DNA of 47,879 nucleotides from an uncultured Candidatus Peribacteria bacterium (GCA_964514565.1 CAZERA010000006.1:1-47879), one strand, 5' to 3'; shown: positions 16,882 to 27,732, numbered from the stretch's first letter. The notes: generated from the letters alone by a model not told the origin. Made by a program: numbers and translations.

Positions 16882-18654
16882 TTAATTCTTGCGTAAGACG
16901 GCTAGGAAAGCTTCTTGGGGGATGTTTACTTGGCCTACCATTTTCATTCGTTTTTTACCCTTTTTTTGTTTGTCCAAGAGCTTGTTTTTGCGGCTAACAT
17001 CTCCACCGTATAAGTAACCAATCACATCTTTTCTAAAGGCGGCAATTGTTTCTCTGGCGGCGATTTTTGCGCCGATTGCTGCCTGAAGAGCAATCGGAAA
17101 CTGTGCACGAGGAATAATGTCTTTTAGCTTGAGCAGTAGGGCTTCACCTAGACGATGAGAATCACTTCTAACTACGATACTTGAGAATGCATCTACTTTT
17201 TCTCCTGCAACCAAAATATCCATCTTTACTAAATCTTCTGATTTGTAGCCATTCACTTGATAATTCATGGATGCGTAGCCTGAGGTAATTGACTTCAAGT
17301 CATCATAGAAATCAGTAATGATCGACGCTAGTGGTGCTTTGAATGTGATCAGCACTCTAGTTGGCTCTAAGTACTGGATATTTTCCATATGTCCTCTGCC
17401 ATCTTGTACTAGCTTCATAATGCCACCGACATAGTCAGCAGGAGCTACAATCTCTAGGTTAACCATCGGTTCTTCGATGTCTGAGATGGTGGCTGGATCA
17501 GGGAATGCCGCAGGATTATCGATCATCAGTTTTTCTCCTGAAGTAGTGACTCTATATGACACACTTGGAGATGTAATAATCAGATTGAGATTGTATTCTC
17601 GCTCCAAACGTTCTTGTACAATGTCCATGTGCAAAAGTCCTAAAAATCCGCATCGAAAGCCAAGTCCTAGTGCTTGGGATTTTTCTGGTTCATATACCAA
17701 GGCTGAATCATTGAGGCTGAGCTTTCCTAAAGCATCTCGTAACAAGTGATAGTCATCTCCTTCTACACAATAGAGACCAGCAAAAACCATTGGCTTTACC
17801 TGTTTGTATCCCGGTAAAGCGGGCAAGCTGGGATTTCCCAATACCGTGTCTCCTACTCTTGTTTCACCCACTTCTTTTACGCCAGTGACAATATAACCAA
17901 TTTCACCATTTTGGAGCTCAGCACATGGTTGATACCGCGGTTTGAAATAGCCCACTTCGGTTACAATTGTTTTTACCTTGGTATTGGCCATGTAGATTGT
18001 ATCCCTTGCTTTTACTTTGCCATCGAATAAGCGAACATAAGTCACTACTCCTTTGTAAGCGTCATACATAGAATCAAAGATCAATGCTCGGATTCCTGTA
18101 TGGGATGGTTCTACTGGACTTGGGATTCTTTCAATAATAGCATCTAGGACTTGCTCGACATTTTGTCCTGTTTTGCCTGACACCATAATCATCTCTTCAC
18201 GCTTGAGACCTAGCACAGTTTCAATTTCTCTAGCGACTTTTTCAGGCTCTGCATGCGGTAGGTCAATCTTATTGATGACCGGGATAAGCTTGAGATTGTG
18301 CTCCATTGCTAAATATACATTGGCTAATGTCTGGGCTTCAATTCCTTGGCTAGCATCTACTACCAAAATTGCCCCTTCACAAGCTGCTAAACTGCGCGAT
18401 ACTTCGTATGTGAAATCAACGTGACCAGGAGTGTCGATTAAGTTGAGGGTATAGCCTTTCCACTCCATGCGCACTGGTTGCAGTTTGATAGTGATACCTC
18501 GTTCTTGTTCGATGTCCATCGTATCAAGCATCTGCGTATGCTTCATCTCGCGCTTCTGTAATGTTTGGGTAATTTCAATAAAACGATCCGCTAAGGTGGA
18601 TTTGCCGTGATCGATATGGGCGATGATACAAAAATTACGAATCTGTTTCAGCAT
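16882..18654 (-). CDS. lepA: translation elongation factor 4
   Basis: IRNFCIIAHIDHGKSTLADR, DTPGHVDF, GFRCGFLGLLH, QKKGKKRMK. Confidence 0.98.
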   Translation of the reverse strand: MLKQIRNFCIIAHIDHGKSTLADRFIEITQTLQKREMKHTQMLDTMDIEQERGITIKLQPVRMEWKGYTLNLIDTPGHVDFTYEVSRSLAACEGAILVVDASQGIEAQTLANVYLAMEHNLKLIPVINKIDLPHAEPEKVAREIETVLGLKREEMIMVSGKTGQNVEQVLDAIIERIPSPVEPSHTGIRALIFDSMYDAYKGVVTYVRLFDGKVKARDTIYMANTKVKTIVTEVGYFKPRYQPCAELQNGEIGYIVTGVKEVGETRVGDTVLGNPSLPALPGYKQVKPMVFAGLYCVEGDDYHLLRDALGKLSLNDSALVYEPEKSQALGLGFRCGFLGLLHMDIVQERLEREYNLNLIITSPSVSYRVTTSGEKLMIDNPAAFPDPATISDIEEPMVNLEIVAPADYVGGIMKLVQDGRGHMENIQYLEPTRVLITFKAPLASIITDFYDDLKSITSGYASMNYQVNGYKSEDLVKMDILVAGEKVDAFSSIVVRSDSHRLGEALLLKLKDIIPRAQFPIALQAAIGAKIAARETIAAFRKDVIGYLYGGDVSRKNKLLDKQKKGKKRMKMVGQVNIPQEAFLAVLRKN

Positions 18655-19345
18655 GATGTTCTAAATAAGGGACCAATAATCCAGTGCTTGCGATATGCAT
18701 AGCATATGGTAACGGTTGTACTGTAGCTTTATCGATGAAACCTTGCAAAAGACTTTGCTGTTCTTCGGTGAGCTTACCAGCCAAGTAACAATGCTCAATC
18801 AAATACCGAGAAAAGAATTCTTTACTCGCAAGAGCTGTGGTATAGGCCATGAGAGTATCAGTATCTGAGTCAGCTTGGTGTTGAGATAAAGCATACGTCA
18901 TACATTCATCAAATGGTTTTGCCATGGTGCAACCAAACTCATCTTCAACTGACAAAGGTTTGGGCAGACCGATACTACCAAAGCTATATGGTAGACTACC
19001 TAGGTAGAGTGTTTCTTCGCCATGGTAAAAGAAATGGAGCCCTACTTCTGCAAGCAAGATCAAGGATGAATCAGCTTGTGCTAAAAAGTTTATGCCTTGG
19101 ATTAATGCTTGCAATCTGGGAGTCTTTTTGACTGGAATCTCTTTGATGTGATCAGGCAAAAACATGCCATGCGGACCGGTCACTACTAGTGAATCTACTT
19201 TGTATTCACGGGCATACATGATGATGGTGTCTGGATCAAAGTCTAATTGATCTTTTTCGAGCATAGTAATAGCCCCATCACTGAGCAAAGCCATACTTTG
19301 CTGCTGGTAGCCCCAGTCAATTGCTAAAATTCGATCAGAGTACAT
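18635..19345 (-). CDS. ASKHA-fold protein resembling a degenerate type II pantothenate kinase
   Basis: ILAIDWG, LVVTG, ALIQGINFL and LHFFY occur in the order and spacing of CoaW motifs, but the Gly-rich and catalytic residues are altered. Confidence 0.5.
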   Translation of the reverse strand: MYSDRILAIDWGYQQQSMALLSDGAITMLEKDQLDFDPDTIIMYAREYKVDSLVVTGPHGMFLPDHIKEIPVKKTPRLQALIQGINFLAQADSSLILLAEVGLHFFYHGEETLYLGSLPYSFGSIGLPKPLSVEDEFGCTMAKPFDECMTYALSQHQADSDTDTLMAYTTALASKEFFSRYLIEHCYLAGKLTEEQQSLLQGFIDKATVQPLPYAMHIASTGLLVPYLEHHAETDS

Positions 19346-19703
19346 CAGTAAGGTGGTCAATATTAGTAAATGAGCCTGTAGAGTCGGTACTAACTGCTAT
19401 TAAATCCAGCTGACAGTCTGTGCACTCAATTTTGTTCTCTTCAAGGTAATTTTCTATCGCATAACAAAGGGTTTGTACTTTTGTTGTTGTGAAATGTCTT
19501 AGTGCACTCTCGGTCGTCTGAGCAGATTTTACTTCAACGAATAGCCAAGTTTTATGTTCAGGTTCGAATGCTACAAGATCGAGTTCGTAGTGACTCCTCT
19601 GCCAATTGCGTTCAACGACATGATAACCTTTTGCCTGAAGATAAAAAGCAGCTAGTTCTTCAGCTTGGTATCCGCGTTGTCTAGTTGAGTCACTTCTCTT
19701 CAT
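19335..19703 (-). CDS. yraN: YraN family (UPF0102) nuclease-like protein
   Basis: GYQAEELAAFYLQAKGY, RNW, ELDLVA, FVEVK. Confidence 0.88.
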   Translation of the reverse strand: MKRSDSTRQRGYQAEELAAFYLQAKGYHVVERNWQRSHYELDLVAFEPEHKTWLFVEVKSAQTTESALRHFTTTKVQTLCYAIENYLEENKIECTDCQLDLIAVSTDSTGSFTNIDHLTDVL

Positions 19704-19709
19704 AATAGC

Positions 19710-22103
19710 TTAAAGGCCACGGATTACACCTTGATAAGTTTTGCTTAAATGATCAAAAATCAGCTTTTGCACAGTATGCATATCTTGATCTGTCAGGGTG
19801 CGATCAGGAGCTTGTAGCACTACTTTGTATGCTAACGCTTTCTTATCTTCACCTAAATTAGCATCGGTGTATTGATTGAGAAATTGAACGCTATCAATCA
19901 ATTCGTGTTGTTTTGCCATACTGGCTAAGGCGACGCCAGCTTCAATTGATTTATCTACTACAACTGACACATCAAATAGTTTGCTAGGAAACTTTGTAAT
20001 TGGTTTAAATTTACGGCCTTTTTCACCACTATGAGCTAGGAGAGATTCAAAATCTATCTCGGCAAAAGCGACTTTAGTAGTTACTTTATATTTACTTCGG
20101 ATACGGCTAGAGAGCTCATAAATGTAGCCGAAAGATTCTTTGCCCAGTTTAATTTGTAACGATCTACCCTTTTGCATGTATTGTTCACCAGCTGATGGGC
20201 TATAGGTAAAGATTTGGTAAGGTACTTCCAAGTGACTCAGTAAAGCATCTATATATGACTTTACTGTTGTAAAAGGCGTGTTGTCAGTAGCGTCCGTATA
20301 CATAATACCGACTTTAGTACGTTCATTTGGTAAAGTCTGCTCATCAGTTGGTAAGTACGTCTTACCAACCTCAAATGTAGCAATACGATCAAAAAGCGTA
20401 CTGTTTCTTACTAAGCCATCGAGCATACCAGGCAAAAGATGTGTACGTAGATGGGTGTGCTCTTCTGAGAGGGAATTTTTGAGTACAACATGATTGTGAG
20501 TGAACTCGAAATTGGCTAGTTCTTTGGGACCATAAAATGAGTAATGGTATACTTCATTGAGGTGACAAGAATGCGCTAAGAATAGCTTGATTTTTCGATC
20601 AAGTTCTTGCCATGGTTGCTTAGGTGGCAGTACCAAAGTGACTTGCGGTAAGGTCGGTTCAATTTTCTCATACCCATAAAAACGGGCAATTTCTTCGATG
20701 ATATCAGCTTCACCACTAATATCTTTGGTAGCTCGAATAGTGGGCACAACTAATGTTAATTCGCTGCCACCATTGCTAGTAACCTGAAAACCCAATGCTT
20801 CTAATGTTTTGATAATAAATGCTTTGGTAGCAGGCGCTCCGATTCTGGCTGCAATACGATCAGTGTCTATTTCGAAACTGAGTGGCTGGGGAGGAGAAGC
20901 AAATTGATTAGCTACTGATGATTCAAATTCAATGTCAGCGTGTTGATCGAGTAAGTAGAAAAACCGTTTGAGCGCTATTTCAGTTAAATAAGGATCAAGG
21001 GACTTTTCATAATGCTGCACAGCATCGGTACGTAAACTCAATTTCTGAGCTGTCATACGAACAGATGTAGGATCAAAGTTGGCTGATTCCAAAATAATTG
21101 ATTGAGTGTTTTCAGTAACTGCTGAATCAAGTCCCCCCATCACACCAGCAATTGCTAATACTTTAGTATCATCTGCAATGACTAACATTTCTTCAGATAA
21201 AGTACGTTCTGCTTTGTCTAAGGTAACTATTTTTTCACCTTGTTTAGCTTTACGGACCACAATGCTTCCCGCAACTTTGCTAGCATCAAAAACATGCAGT
21301 GGCTGACCGAGCTCATGCATGATGTAGTTGGTGAGATCTACTAAAAGACCATGTGAATTGTGACCAATACTACTGAGGGAATTAGCAACCCCGCTGTTGT
21401 TTTTGATTTGCTTCAATTGGAAACGTACAGCCATATAACGAGGGCACATCTTGGGTTCTTGGACCTGCACAGCTAAAGAGTCTGTGCCGAACTTTTTATC
21501 GTATAATGGTAGCTCTTTTAGTGGACGATCCCAAATCACCGCACATTCTCTAGCCATACCATAATGTCCCCAGAGATCGGGGCGATTGGTGAGTGATTTG
21601 TTGTCGACTTCAATAATTGTATCACTTCTACCTAGGGCTTCAGCTAAAAGTGTGCCTACTTTGCAATGTAAGTCACCCATGTCAGCGACGCCATCTACTT
21701 TGTTTGGTAAACCAACTTCGTCTCCACCACAAATCATACCTGTGCTTTTCACTCCTCGTAGTTCCGCTTCTTTGAGCTCGATCAAATCTCCGGCTCCATG
21801 CCAGCGCACCTTGCTGCCTGGTAGAGCCACTATTACTCGCATCCCCTCTGTGATATTGGGAGCCCCACAGACGATTTGTACTACTCGGTCTCCCACATCA
21901 GTCTGAGTAACTTTTAGTTTGTCAGCATTGGGATGTGGAGTGATGGTTTTGATTTCTCCAATCACCATATGTTCAAATTGCTCAGCAGCACTTTCGATAC
22001 CGTCAATTTCGGCTGTGCGAATATTAAATAAACGTGAAAATTCCTGATTGGAAATATCACTAATATCTACAAATTGTTGAAGCCAGTTTCGTGAAATTTT
22101 CAT
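19710..22103 (-). CDS. pheT: phenylalanine--tRNA ligase beta subunit
   Basis: HPNADKL, IVCGAPN, TNRPDLWGHYG, GQPLHVFD, DIIEEIARFYGY, DRTLTD. Confidence 0.97.
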   Translation of the reverse strand: MKISRNWLQQFVDISDISNQEFSRLFNIRTAEIDGIESAAEQFEHMVIGEIKTITPHPNADKLKVTQTDVGDRVVQIVCGAPNITEGMRVIVALPGSKVRWHGAGDLIELKEAELRGVKSTGMICGGDEVGLPNKVDGVADMGDLHCKVGTLLAEALGRSDTIIEVDNKSLTNRPDLWGHYGMARECAVIWDRPLKELPLYDKKFGTDSLAVQVQEPKMCPRYMAVRFQLKQIKNNSGVANSLSSIGHNSHGLLVDLTNYIMHELGQPLHVFDASKVAGSIVVRKAKQGEKIVTLDKAERTLSEEMLVIADDTKVLAIAGVMGGLDSAVTENTQSIILESANFDPTSVRMTAQKLSLRTDAVQHYEKSLDPYLTEIALKRFFYLLDQHADIEFESSVANQFASPPQPLSFEIDTDRIAARIGAPATKAFIIKTLEALGFQVTSNGGSELTLVVPTIRATKDISGEADIIEEIARFYGYEKIEPTLPQVTLVLPPKQPWQELDRKIKLFLAHSCHLNEVYHYSFYGPKELANFEFTHNHVVLKNSLSEEHTHLRTHLLPGMLDGLVRNSTLFDRIATFEVGKTYLPTDEQTLPNERTKVGIMYTDATDNTPFTTVKSYIDALLSHLEVPYQIFTYSPSAGEQYMQKGRSLQIKLGKESFGYIYELSSRIRSKYKVTTKVAFAEIDFESLLAHSGEKGRKFKPITKFPSKLFDVSVVVDKSIEAGVALASMAKQHELIDSVQFLNQYTDANLGEDKKALAYKVVLQAPDRTLTDQDMHTVQKLIFDHLSKTYQGVIRGL

Positions 22104-23119
22104 AGAGCGAATTGAGATAAGAAGCGGAGATCAGCACTTTGCATCAAACGGATATCGTCGATTTTATATTTCATCATCACTAGACGACTGAGTCCCATAC
22201 CAAAGGCCCAGCCATTGTATTTAGTCGAATCAATCTTACCGGCCTCCAGTACTTTGGGGTGAATCATGCCACAAGGAATCAACTCTACCCAGCCAGAGTG
22301 TTTACAGACACTACAGCCTTTCCCACCACAAATTGCACATTCAGCATCAAGCTCGAACCCTGGTTCTACGAAAGGAAAGTAACCAGGTCTAAGCCGAACA
22401 TTAATCTCTCGGCCAAACATTTCTCGAAGTAATAACTTCATCACAGCTAAAAGGTTGCCGATGGTGAGATCTTTATCAATCATCATACCCTCTAACTGAT
22501 AAAAAGTATGATCGTGTGATGCATCAAGTGCTTCATTGCGAAATACACGACCAGGCACGATCATGCGGAGTGGAGCGCCATATTGTTCCATAGCCCGTAC
22601 TTGTACTGGAGATGTATGGGTACGCATTACTTGTTTTTCACTATTCAAGAAAAAAGTGTCTTGCATGTCTCTCGCTGGATGAGTAGCGGGGATATTGAGT
22701 GCCTCGAAATTATAATACTCAAACTCAGCCTCAGGCCCTCGCAGTACCGCGAAACCCAAGCTGTGAAAAATGTCGATGAGTTCATTCTGCACTTGAGTAA
22801 GTGGATGCAGCGAACCACCCAGTGGCGTACTGGGAATAGTGACATCTATTGATTCTTTGCTTTCTTGAGCCTCAGCTTCTTGGTTTTTTAGTTGAGCTTT
22901 TTTTTCATCAAATAACTTGTAAATGCTTGATCGCCAGAGCTGCATCTTGGGGCCATTGGCTTTTTTTTCTTCAGCTGATTGAGTTTTGAATGACTCAAAT
23001 TGTTTATCAACTTCTTTTTTTGTTGCTGACTCTAGAGTAACAACTTGGTCTAAAGTTTGGCAGAGGGCAAGCTCAGATTGAGTCTTGTCTATCAGTGATT
23101 GGATATCGTCTAGATTCAT
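22100..23119 (-). CDS. pheS: phenylalanine--tRNA ligase alpha subunit
   Basis: HPARDMQDTF, RTHTSPVQ, YFPFVEP, AFGMG. Confidence 0.98.
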   Translation of the reverse strand: MNLDDIQSLIDKTQSELALCQTLDQVVTLESATKKEVDKQFESFKTQSAEEKKANGPKMQLWRSSIYKLFDEKKAQLKNQEAEAQESKESIDVTIPSTPLGGSLHPLTQVQNELIDIFHSLGFAVLRGPEAEFEYYNFEALNIPATHPARDMQDTFFLNSEKQVMRTHTSPVQVRAMEQYGAPLRMIVPGRVFRNEALDASHDHTFYQLEGMMIDKDLTIGNLLAVMKLLLREMFGREINVRLRPGYFPFVEPGFELDAECAICGGKGCSVCKHSGWVELIPCGMIHPKVLEAGKIDSTKYNGWAFGMGLSRLVMMKYKIDDIRLMQSADLRFLSQFAL

Positions 23120-23523
23120 GCTTGAGGCGGTAAATTTTTTCGATGGAAAGCAAACTCAATTAAAACCATTCCTACGATAATAATCAAGGCATCCCACCAG
23201 AAAAATACCTGCAAAGATTTGAGTAGAAGCAGTAAACAAATAGCGATACTAATTAAGATGCCTTGGCGTAGTGCAATAACTAGGAAGGCAAAGAAGATTT
23301 CATTGCCACTTAAAAATCGTTTTAAAAAGAAAATAAGCAAAGCACAAGTAGCGGCTAAAGCGATAAATAGCGCTACAAAGAAAGACAACATTGCTCCCCA
23401 TTCTAAACCAGTTTGGCATACTTCGTTCACAAATATCTCACATGGTGACAGCTTGCTGATTACTAGCCACCAAGTACTCCACCCTAAAATTGCTGAAACA
23501 AGAAGCACCCAGAGGTTAAGCAT
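23116..23523 (-). CDS. small 4-TM membrane protein
   Basis: Four hydrophobic segments; overlaps udg and pheS, consistent with translational coupling. Confidence 0.75.
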   Translation of the reverse strand: MLNLWVLLVSAILGWSTWWLVISKLSPCEIFVNEVCQTGLEWGAMLSFFVALFIALAATCALLIFFLKRFLSGNEIFFAFLVIALRQGILISIAICLLLLLKSLQVFFWWDALIIIVGMVLIEFAFHRKNLPPQA

Positions 23524-24097
23524 GTGAAGATTTTAATTGGACTAATAATTGGGGAATTTTTTGAAAATCTGCCATCAAGGTTGTTTGTAAGCCACCATTG
23601 TAAAGTGCTGCAGCTGGATGGTAGAGCGGAAAGAAAACTTGGGGATTACCATCAGGCCCTTTGGCGTGCACAACATTTCCATGGATATCTGAGATTTTTT
23701 TACCAGGCAAAAAGATATTCATGGAGTGCCTGCCTAAAGTAACAATTAAGGCCGGTTTCATAATTAGCAATTGCTTTCGGAGATAATTTGTATAGCAAGT
23801 ACTAATCTCATCTGGTTGGGGATCTCGATTCTCAGGCGGACGACATTTGACCACATTGGTAATAAAAATATCGCTACGGGTCCAACCAATCGATGCCAAC
23901 ATCTTGTCTAAAAATTTGCCAGCAGCTCCAATAAACGGTTCTCCTTTGAGGTCCTCATTTTTACCTGGTCCTTCACCAATAAATACAACTTGGGCCTCGG
24001 GATTGCCTGAGCCCGGTACAGCATTGGTTCTGCCTTCACATAACCGACAGAGCGTACAGATTTTTATCGATGCAGCTAAGCTAGCTAGAGTATCCAT
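23516..24097 (-). CDS. uracil-DNA glycosylase family 4 (Fe-S type)
   Basis: CTLC, GEGPG, NVVKCRPPENRDP, YHPAA. Confidence 0.95.
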   Translation of the reverse strand: MDTLASLAASIKICTLCRLCEGRTNAVPGSGNPEAQVVFIGEGPGKNEDLKGEPFIGAAGKFLDKMLASIGWTRSDIFITNVVKCRPPENRDPQPDEISTCYTNYLRKQLLIMKPALIVTLGRHSMNIFLPGKKISDIHGNVVHAKGPDGNPQVFFPLYHPAAALYNGGLQTTLMADFQKIPQLLVQLKSSHA

Positions 24098-24166
24098 AAT
24101 AACGCGACTTGTGTTCGTAAAGTAGCATGTATTTATAGCACTGTCGAAAGATGAAGCTATTTAGTT

Positions 24167-25582
24167 CTAGACACAACCGGGGATACTTTTGGTCCAACCA
24201 ATTGTGCCTTGTTCACTACTGACTGAGCGATCGGTAATGCCTGCCCATAACCAATGACTGCTGTCATATTGCCAGGCGTTGAATTCTTGATATGGTTGAG
24301 ATAACTTGCAGCTTTGACTACCTGTTTGTTTGAGCGGTTGCATTGATAGACTAACATGTTCAGCACTAACTACTGCATACAGTCTCACAATAATGCTATT
24401 ATCTTTGCTGTTGCGGATAGTGAGCTGGGTTTGACTGTTTTCGATTGGTGACCAGATGTAGTTTACATTGGTATTTTTGACCCATTCGTAACCAATAGAA
24501 CTATCGGGTAATACCATGGCTTCTTTGCGTGGGAATAGTACCGGAATAACCAACTTTGCTTGAGTGATAATGGTATCCTGTAATGATGGCCATGCTGCGG
24601 CAGGCATATCAAGCTGGACTACCGTATTCTGCCATTTCTTATCTAAAGTAATTGTATAAGGATAGTCGAGTGCTATCTTGCTCAGTGTTTCCAATGCTAA
24701 CCCTGTAGAAGTCTGACTGCCAAAGTCTACAATAGTTTTCCACAAGCCTTGATTTTGGGTATCATGAAGTACATCAGTAATAACGGTATTGAGACTTTTA
24801 CCACTAAATAGTAACTGCGCATCCTGGGGCACTAGTAGATTGGTAATATTTTGTTTATCACTATTGGAAGCGTGGTAACTAGCTGTATAATTGAGTTTAT
24901 ATTTTATCACTGGCCCATCACTTTCACTGCGAATAGTAAATGTACTATAGCTAATAGTATCAGCCACAAAATCAGTGAGGAGAGGGAAACTGCTACCGAT
25001 ATTTTGCCAGTTGCTCCACAAACAATCACGATCACAGAATCCAACAGCTAAGAAATGCCCCCATACAGACCATGAGCGGTCTTGAGTCCAAGGCATGTCA
25101 CTAGCCGTAGTAGTCTTACTAGCTAATTGCTGGGCACTGCGAGGAGATATAATGGCAATGTTATCTTGCCAGGTCAGTCGATATCTTTGTTGCTCGACTA
25201 GCAATTCATTGTCCCCATGGGTCAAGCTATCCCAATTAGCTTGTAGTACAGTTTTATTTGGGTAAGCAATATATAGCTCCCAAATTAGTTCGTCATTGAT
25301 TTTTCTCAGTACAACAGCATTTGCCTCACCCCAAAAAGAACAAGTACTGACTGGACAGCCTAGTTGCTTTAAAAGTGGGGGTAATGGTACAGCATCATTT
25401 CCAAATAATTCGGTTTGATCTTGCTTACGCCACTCCATATAGCCGATCATGTTTTGACGATCGACGGAGTGAATGAGCGTAAGCGGATGGTAATAACGAT
25501 CAAGTACCCACCATAAGCCAAGGCCAAGTAGCAGGACAATTAAAAGACTGCTACTTGCGATTAGCCATTTTTTACCACTCAT
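24167..25582 (-). CDS. N-terminally anchored extracytoplasmic hypothetical protein
   Basis: Single N-terminal TM helix; ATGA overlap with the pnp stop; paired Cys. Confidence 0.78.
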   Translation of the reverse strand: MSGKKWLIASSSLLIVLLLGLGLWWVLDRYYHPLTLIHSVDRQNMIGYMEWRKQDQTELFGNDAVPLPPLLKQLGCPVSTCSFWGEANAVVLRKINDELIWELYIAYPNKTVLQANWDSLTHGDNELLVEQQRYRLTWQDNIAIISPRSAQQLASKTTTASDMPWTQDRSWSVWGHFLAVGFCDRDCLWSNWQNIGSSFPLLTDFVADTISYSTFTIRSESDGPVIKYKLNYTASYHASNSDKQNITNLLVPQDAQLLFSGKSLNTVITDVLHDTQNQGLWKTIVDFGSQTSTGLALETLSKIALDYPYTITLDKKWQNTVVQLDMPAAAWPSLQDTIITQAKLVIPVLFPRKEAMVLPDSSIGYEWVKNTNVNYIWSPIENSQTQLTIRNSKDNSIIVRLYAVVSAEHVSLSMQPLKQTGSQSCKLSQPYQEFNAWQYDSSHWLWAGITDRSVSSEQGTIGWTKSIPGCV

Positions 25583-27732
25583 TGGTTCTGAGCGAAACGA
25601 TTAAGGTATTCTTTGTGTGATAAAGATACGCGGTTTTTGACTGCATCAATATCCATTACTACCACTTTGAGCATATCACCGACTTTACATACCTCAGAAA
25701 TCTTTTCGATACGACGATTAGCAAGCTCGGAAATGTGAACCATTCCATCTTTGTTTGGGGAACGTTCAACAATTACGCCGATTTCTTTGCCACTCATACG
25801 ATCTTGTACCACTTTTACTACTTTACCTTCAAATGTATCTCCAATTGTGAATTTGTATGTAATTCCTTTGATCCATTCTAGCGCTTGTTTGATACCTTCT
25901 TCTTTGTTTGAAGATACTAAAACTGTACCATCATCTTCAATATCAATTTCTACACCTGTAGCTGCAATAATCTCATTGATAATCTTGCCACCGCTACCAA
26001 TTACATCACGAATTTGATCAATATCAATCTTCATACTGACAACACGAGGCGCATAAGGAGACATCTCAGCTCTTGGTTGAGCAATCGTCTCAAGCATCTT
26101 GTCTAAAATAAACAAACGACCATCTTTGGCTTGATGAAGTGCTTGCGCCATAACAGTGACTGGAATGCCTTGGACTTTGATGTCCATTTGGAGGGCAGTG
26201 ATACCTTCTTTGGTGCCAGCCACTTTGAAATCCATATCACCACCAAAATCTTCTAGATCACGAATATCAGTGAGCACTTTGTAAGTACCGGCACCATCAG
26301 TCATTAGTCCCATAGCGACACCGGCGACAGGTGCTTTGATGGGTACACCAGCATCCATCAGTGACAATGTACTACCACAAACTGATGCCATAGAGGTAGA
26401 TCCATTGCTACCCATGATCTCTGTAACCATGCGGATGGTATAAGGAAACGACTCAATAGGAGGAATGACAGGAACCATTGCTCTTTCGGCTAGATAACCA
26501 TGACCAATTTCACGACGACCGGGACCACGTGAAGGACGAACATCTCCTACTGAGTATGCTGGAAAGTTGTAGTGATGCATGTAATGCTTGGTGTAGTCCA
26601 TGTCCATATCATCAATCATCTGACCAGAACCTTTGGCACCAATAGTAGTAATAGTGAGGGCTTGGGTTTCACCACGACAAAAGAGCGCACTACCGTGTGG
26701 ACGAGCTAATAGCTTGATCTTTGAGCTGATAGGACGAACATCAGTTAGTCCTCTGCCATCGACGCGAGTATTCTTTTCTAGAATATTTTTACGAAGATGT
26801 TTCTTGATTAAATAATCAACAGTTTCATTGATACCTTTGGTAACGAAAGATTCATCAATAGCATGTACTTTTTCTGCTGTTTTTACCATCAAATCATGCA
26901 TAGCGCGATCCATGAGCTTGCTCTTGGGTTGGTGGAAACATTGAGCGATATCCTCACTAGTCACTAAACCAGCCACTACGTCTTTGAGCACTTGCCCTTT
27001 GGCACCAACTTGGGCGCTAGGATCACGTGGGGTATATTTAAATGGTTCTACTGTTACTTTAGAGAGCAGTTCTTTTTGTAATGCAATTGTTTTCCGTAAC
27101 TCACTATGAGCATATTCTAATGCTTTGATCATAGTATCTTCATCTACCTCTTTTGCTCCAGCTTCTACCATCATGATAGCGCTATCAGTACCAGCTACTA
27201 CTAAGTCCAAGCTACTCGTTTCAATTTGTTCGTAAGTAGGATTGGTAATGAATTGTCCTTCGATCATACCGACACGCACAGCACCAACTGGTCCCTGAAA
27301 TGGCAATCCTGTAAGTGATAACGCTGCAGATGCAGCAACCAATGCAATAATAGAAGGATCATTTTCGCCATCAGCAGAAAGTACTGTACATACTACCTGA
27401 GTATCATTGACGAATCCTTTGGGAAACAAGGGGCGAATTGGTCTATCGATTAAACGTGCAGTCAAGATTGCATTGTCTGATGGGCGACCTTCTCTTTTGA
27501 TAAATCGACTACCTTTGATTTTGCCAGTGGCATAAAACTTTTCTTCGTAATCGATCAACAATGGGAAAAAATCGATGTCTGGTTTGGTATCAGGCAAAAA
27601 GGTAACTGCAGCTAATACTGCAATTTCTCCATAACGAACAAGAACTGAACCATTGGCAAGCAATGCCAATTCACCGGTCTCAATTTGGAGTGTGCGACCA
27701 GCTAATTCAGTAGAAACAGATGAGATTGGCAT
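25579..27732 (-). CDS. pnp: polyribonucleotide nucleotidyltransferase
   Basis: RLIDRPIRPLF, RREIGHG, SNGSTSMAS, DMDFKVAG, KH and S1 domains. Confidence 0.98.
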   Translation of the reverse strand: MPISSVSTELAGRTLQIETGELALLANGSVLVRYGEIAVLAAVTFLPDTKPDIDFFPLLIDYEEKFYATGKIKGSRFIKREGRPSDNAILTARLIDRPIRPLFPKGFVNDTQVVCTVLSADGENDPSIIALVAASAALSLTGLPFQGPVGAVRVGMIEGQFITNPTYEQIETSSLDLVVAGTDSAIMMVEAGAKEVDEDTMIKALEYAHSELRKTIALQKELLSKVTVEPFKYTPRDPSAQVGAKGQVLKDVVAGLVTSEDIAQCFHQPKSKLMDRAMHDLMVKTAEKVHAIDESFVTKGINETVDYLIKKHLRKNILEKNTRVDGRGLTDVRPISSKIKLLARPHGSALFCRGETQALTITTIGAKGSGQMIDDMDMDYTKHYMHHYNFPAYSVGDVRPSRGPGRREIGHGYLAERAMVPVIPPIESFPYTIRMVTEIMGSNGSTSMASVCGSTLSLMDAGVPIKAPVAGVAMGLMTDGAGTYKVLTDIRDLEDFGGDMDFKVAGTKEGITALQMDIKVQGIPVTVMAQALHQAKDGRLFILDKMLETIAQPRAEMSPYAPRVVSMKIDIDQIRDVIGSGGKIINEIIAATGVEIDIEDDGTVLVSSNKEEGIKQALEWIKGITYKFTIGDTFEGKVVKVVQDRMSGKEIGVIVERSPNKDGMVHISELANRRIEKISEVCKVGDMLKVVVMDIDAVKNRVSLSHKEYLNRFAQNQ

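Noticed and set aside
22100..25582. Genetic code 25 (UGA=Gly) as in BD1-5/SR1
   Set aside because: TGA cleanly ends pheS, pnp and others in ATGA overlaps, and long conserved genes are uninterrupted in code 11.
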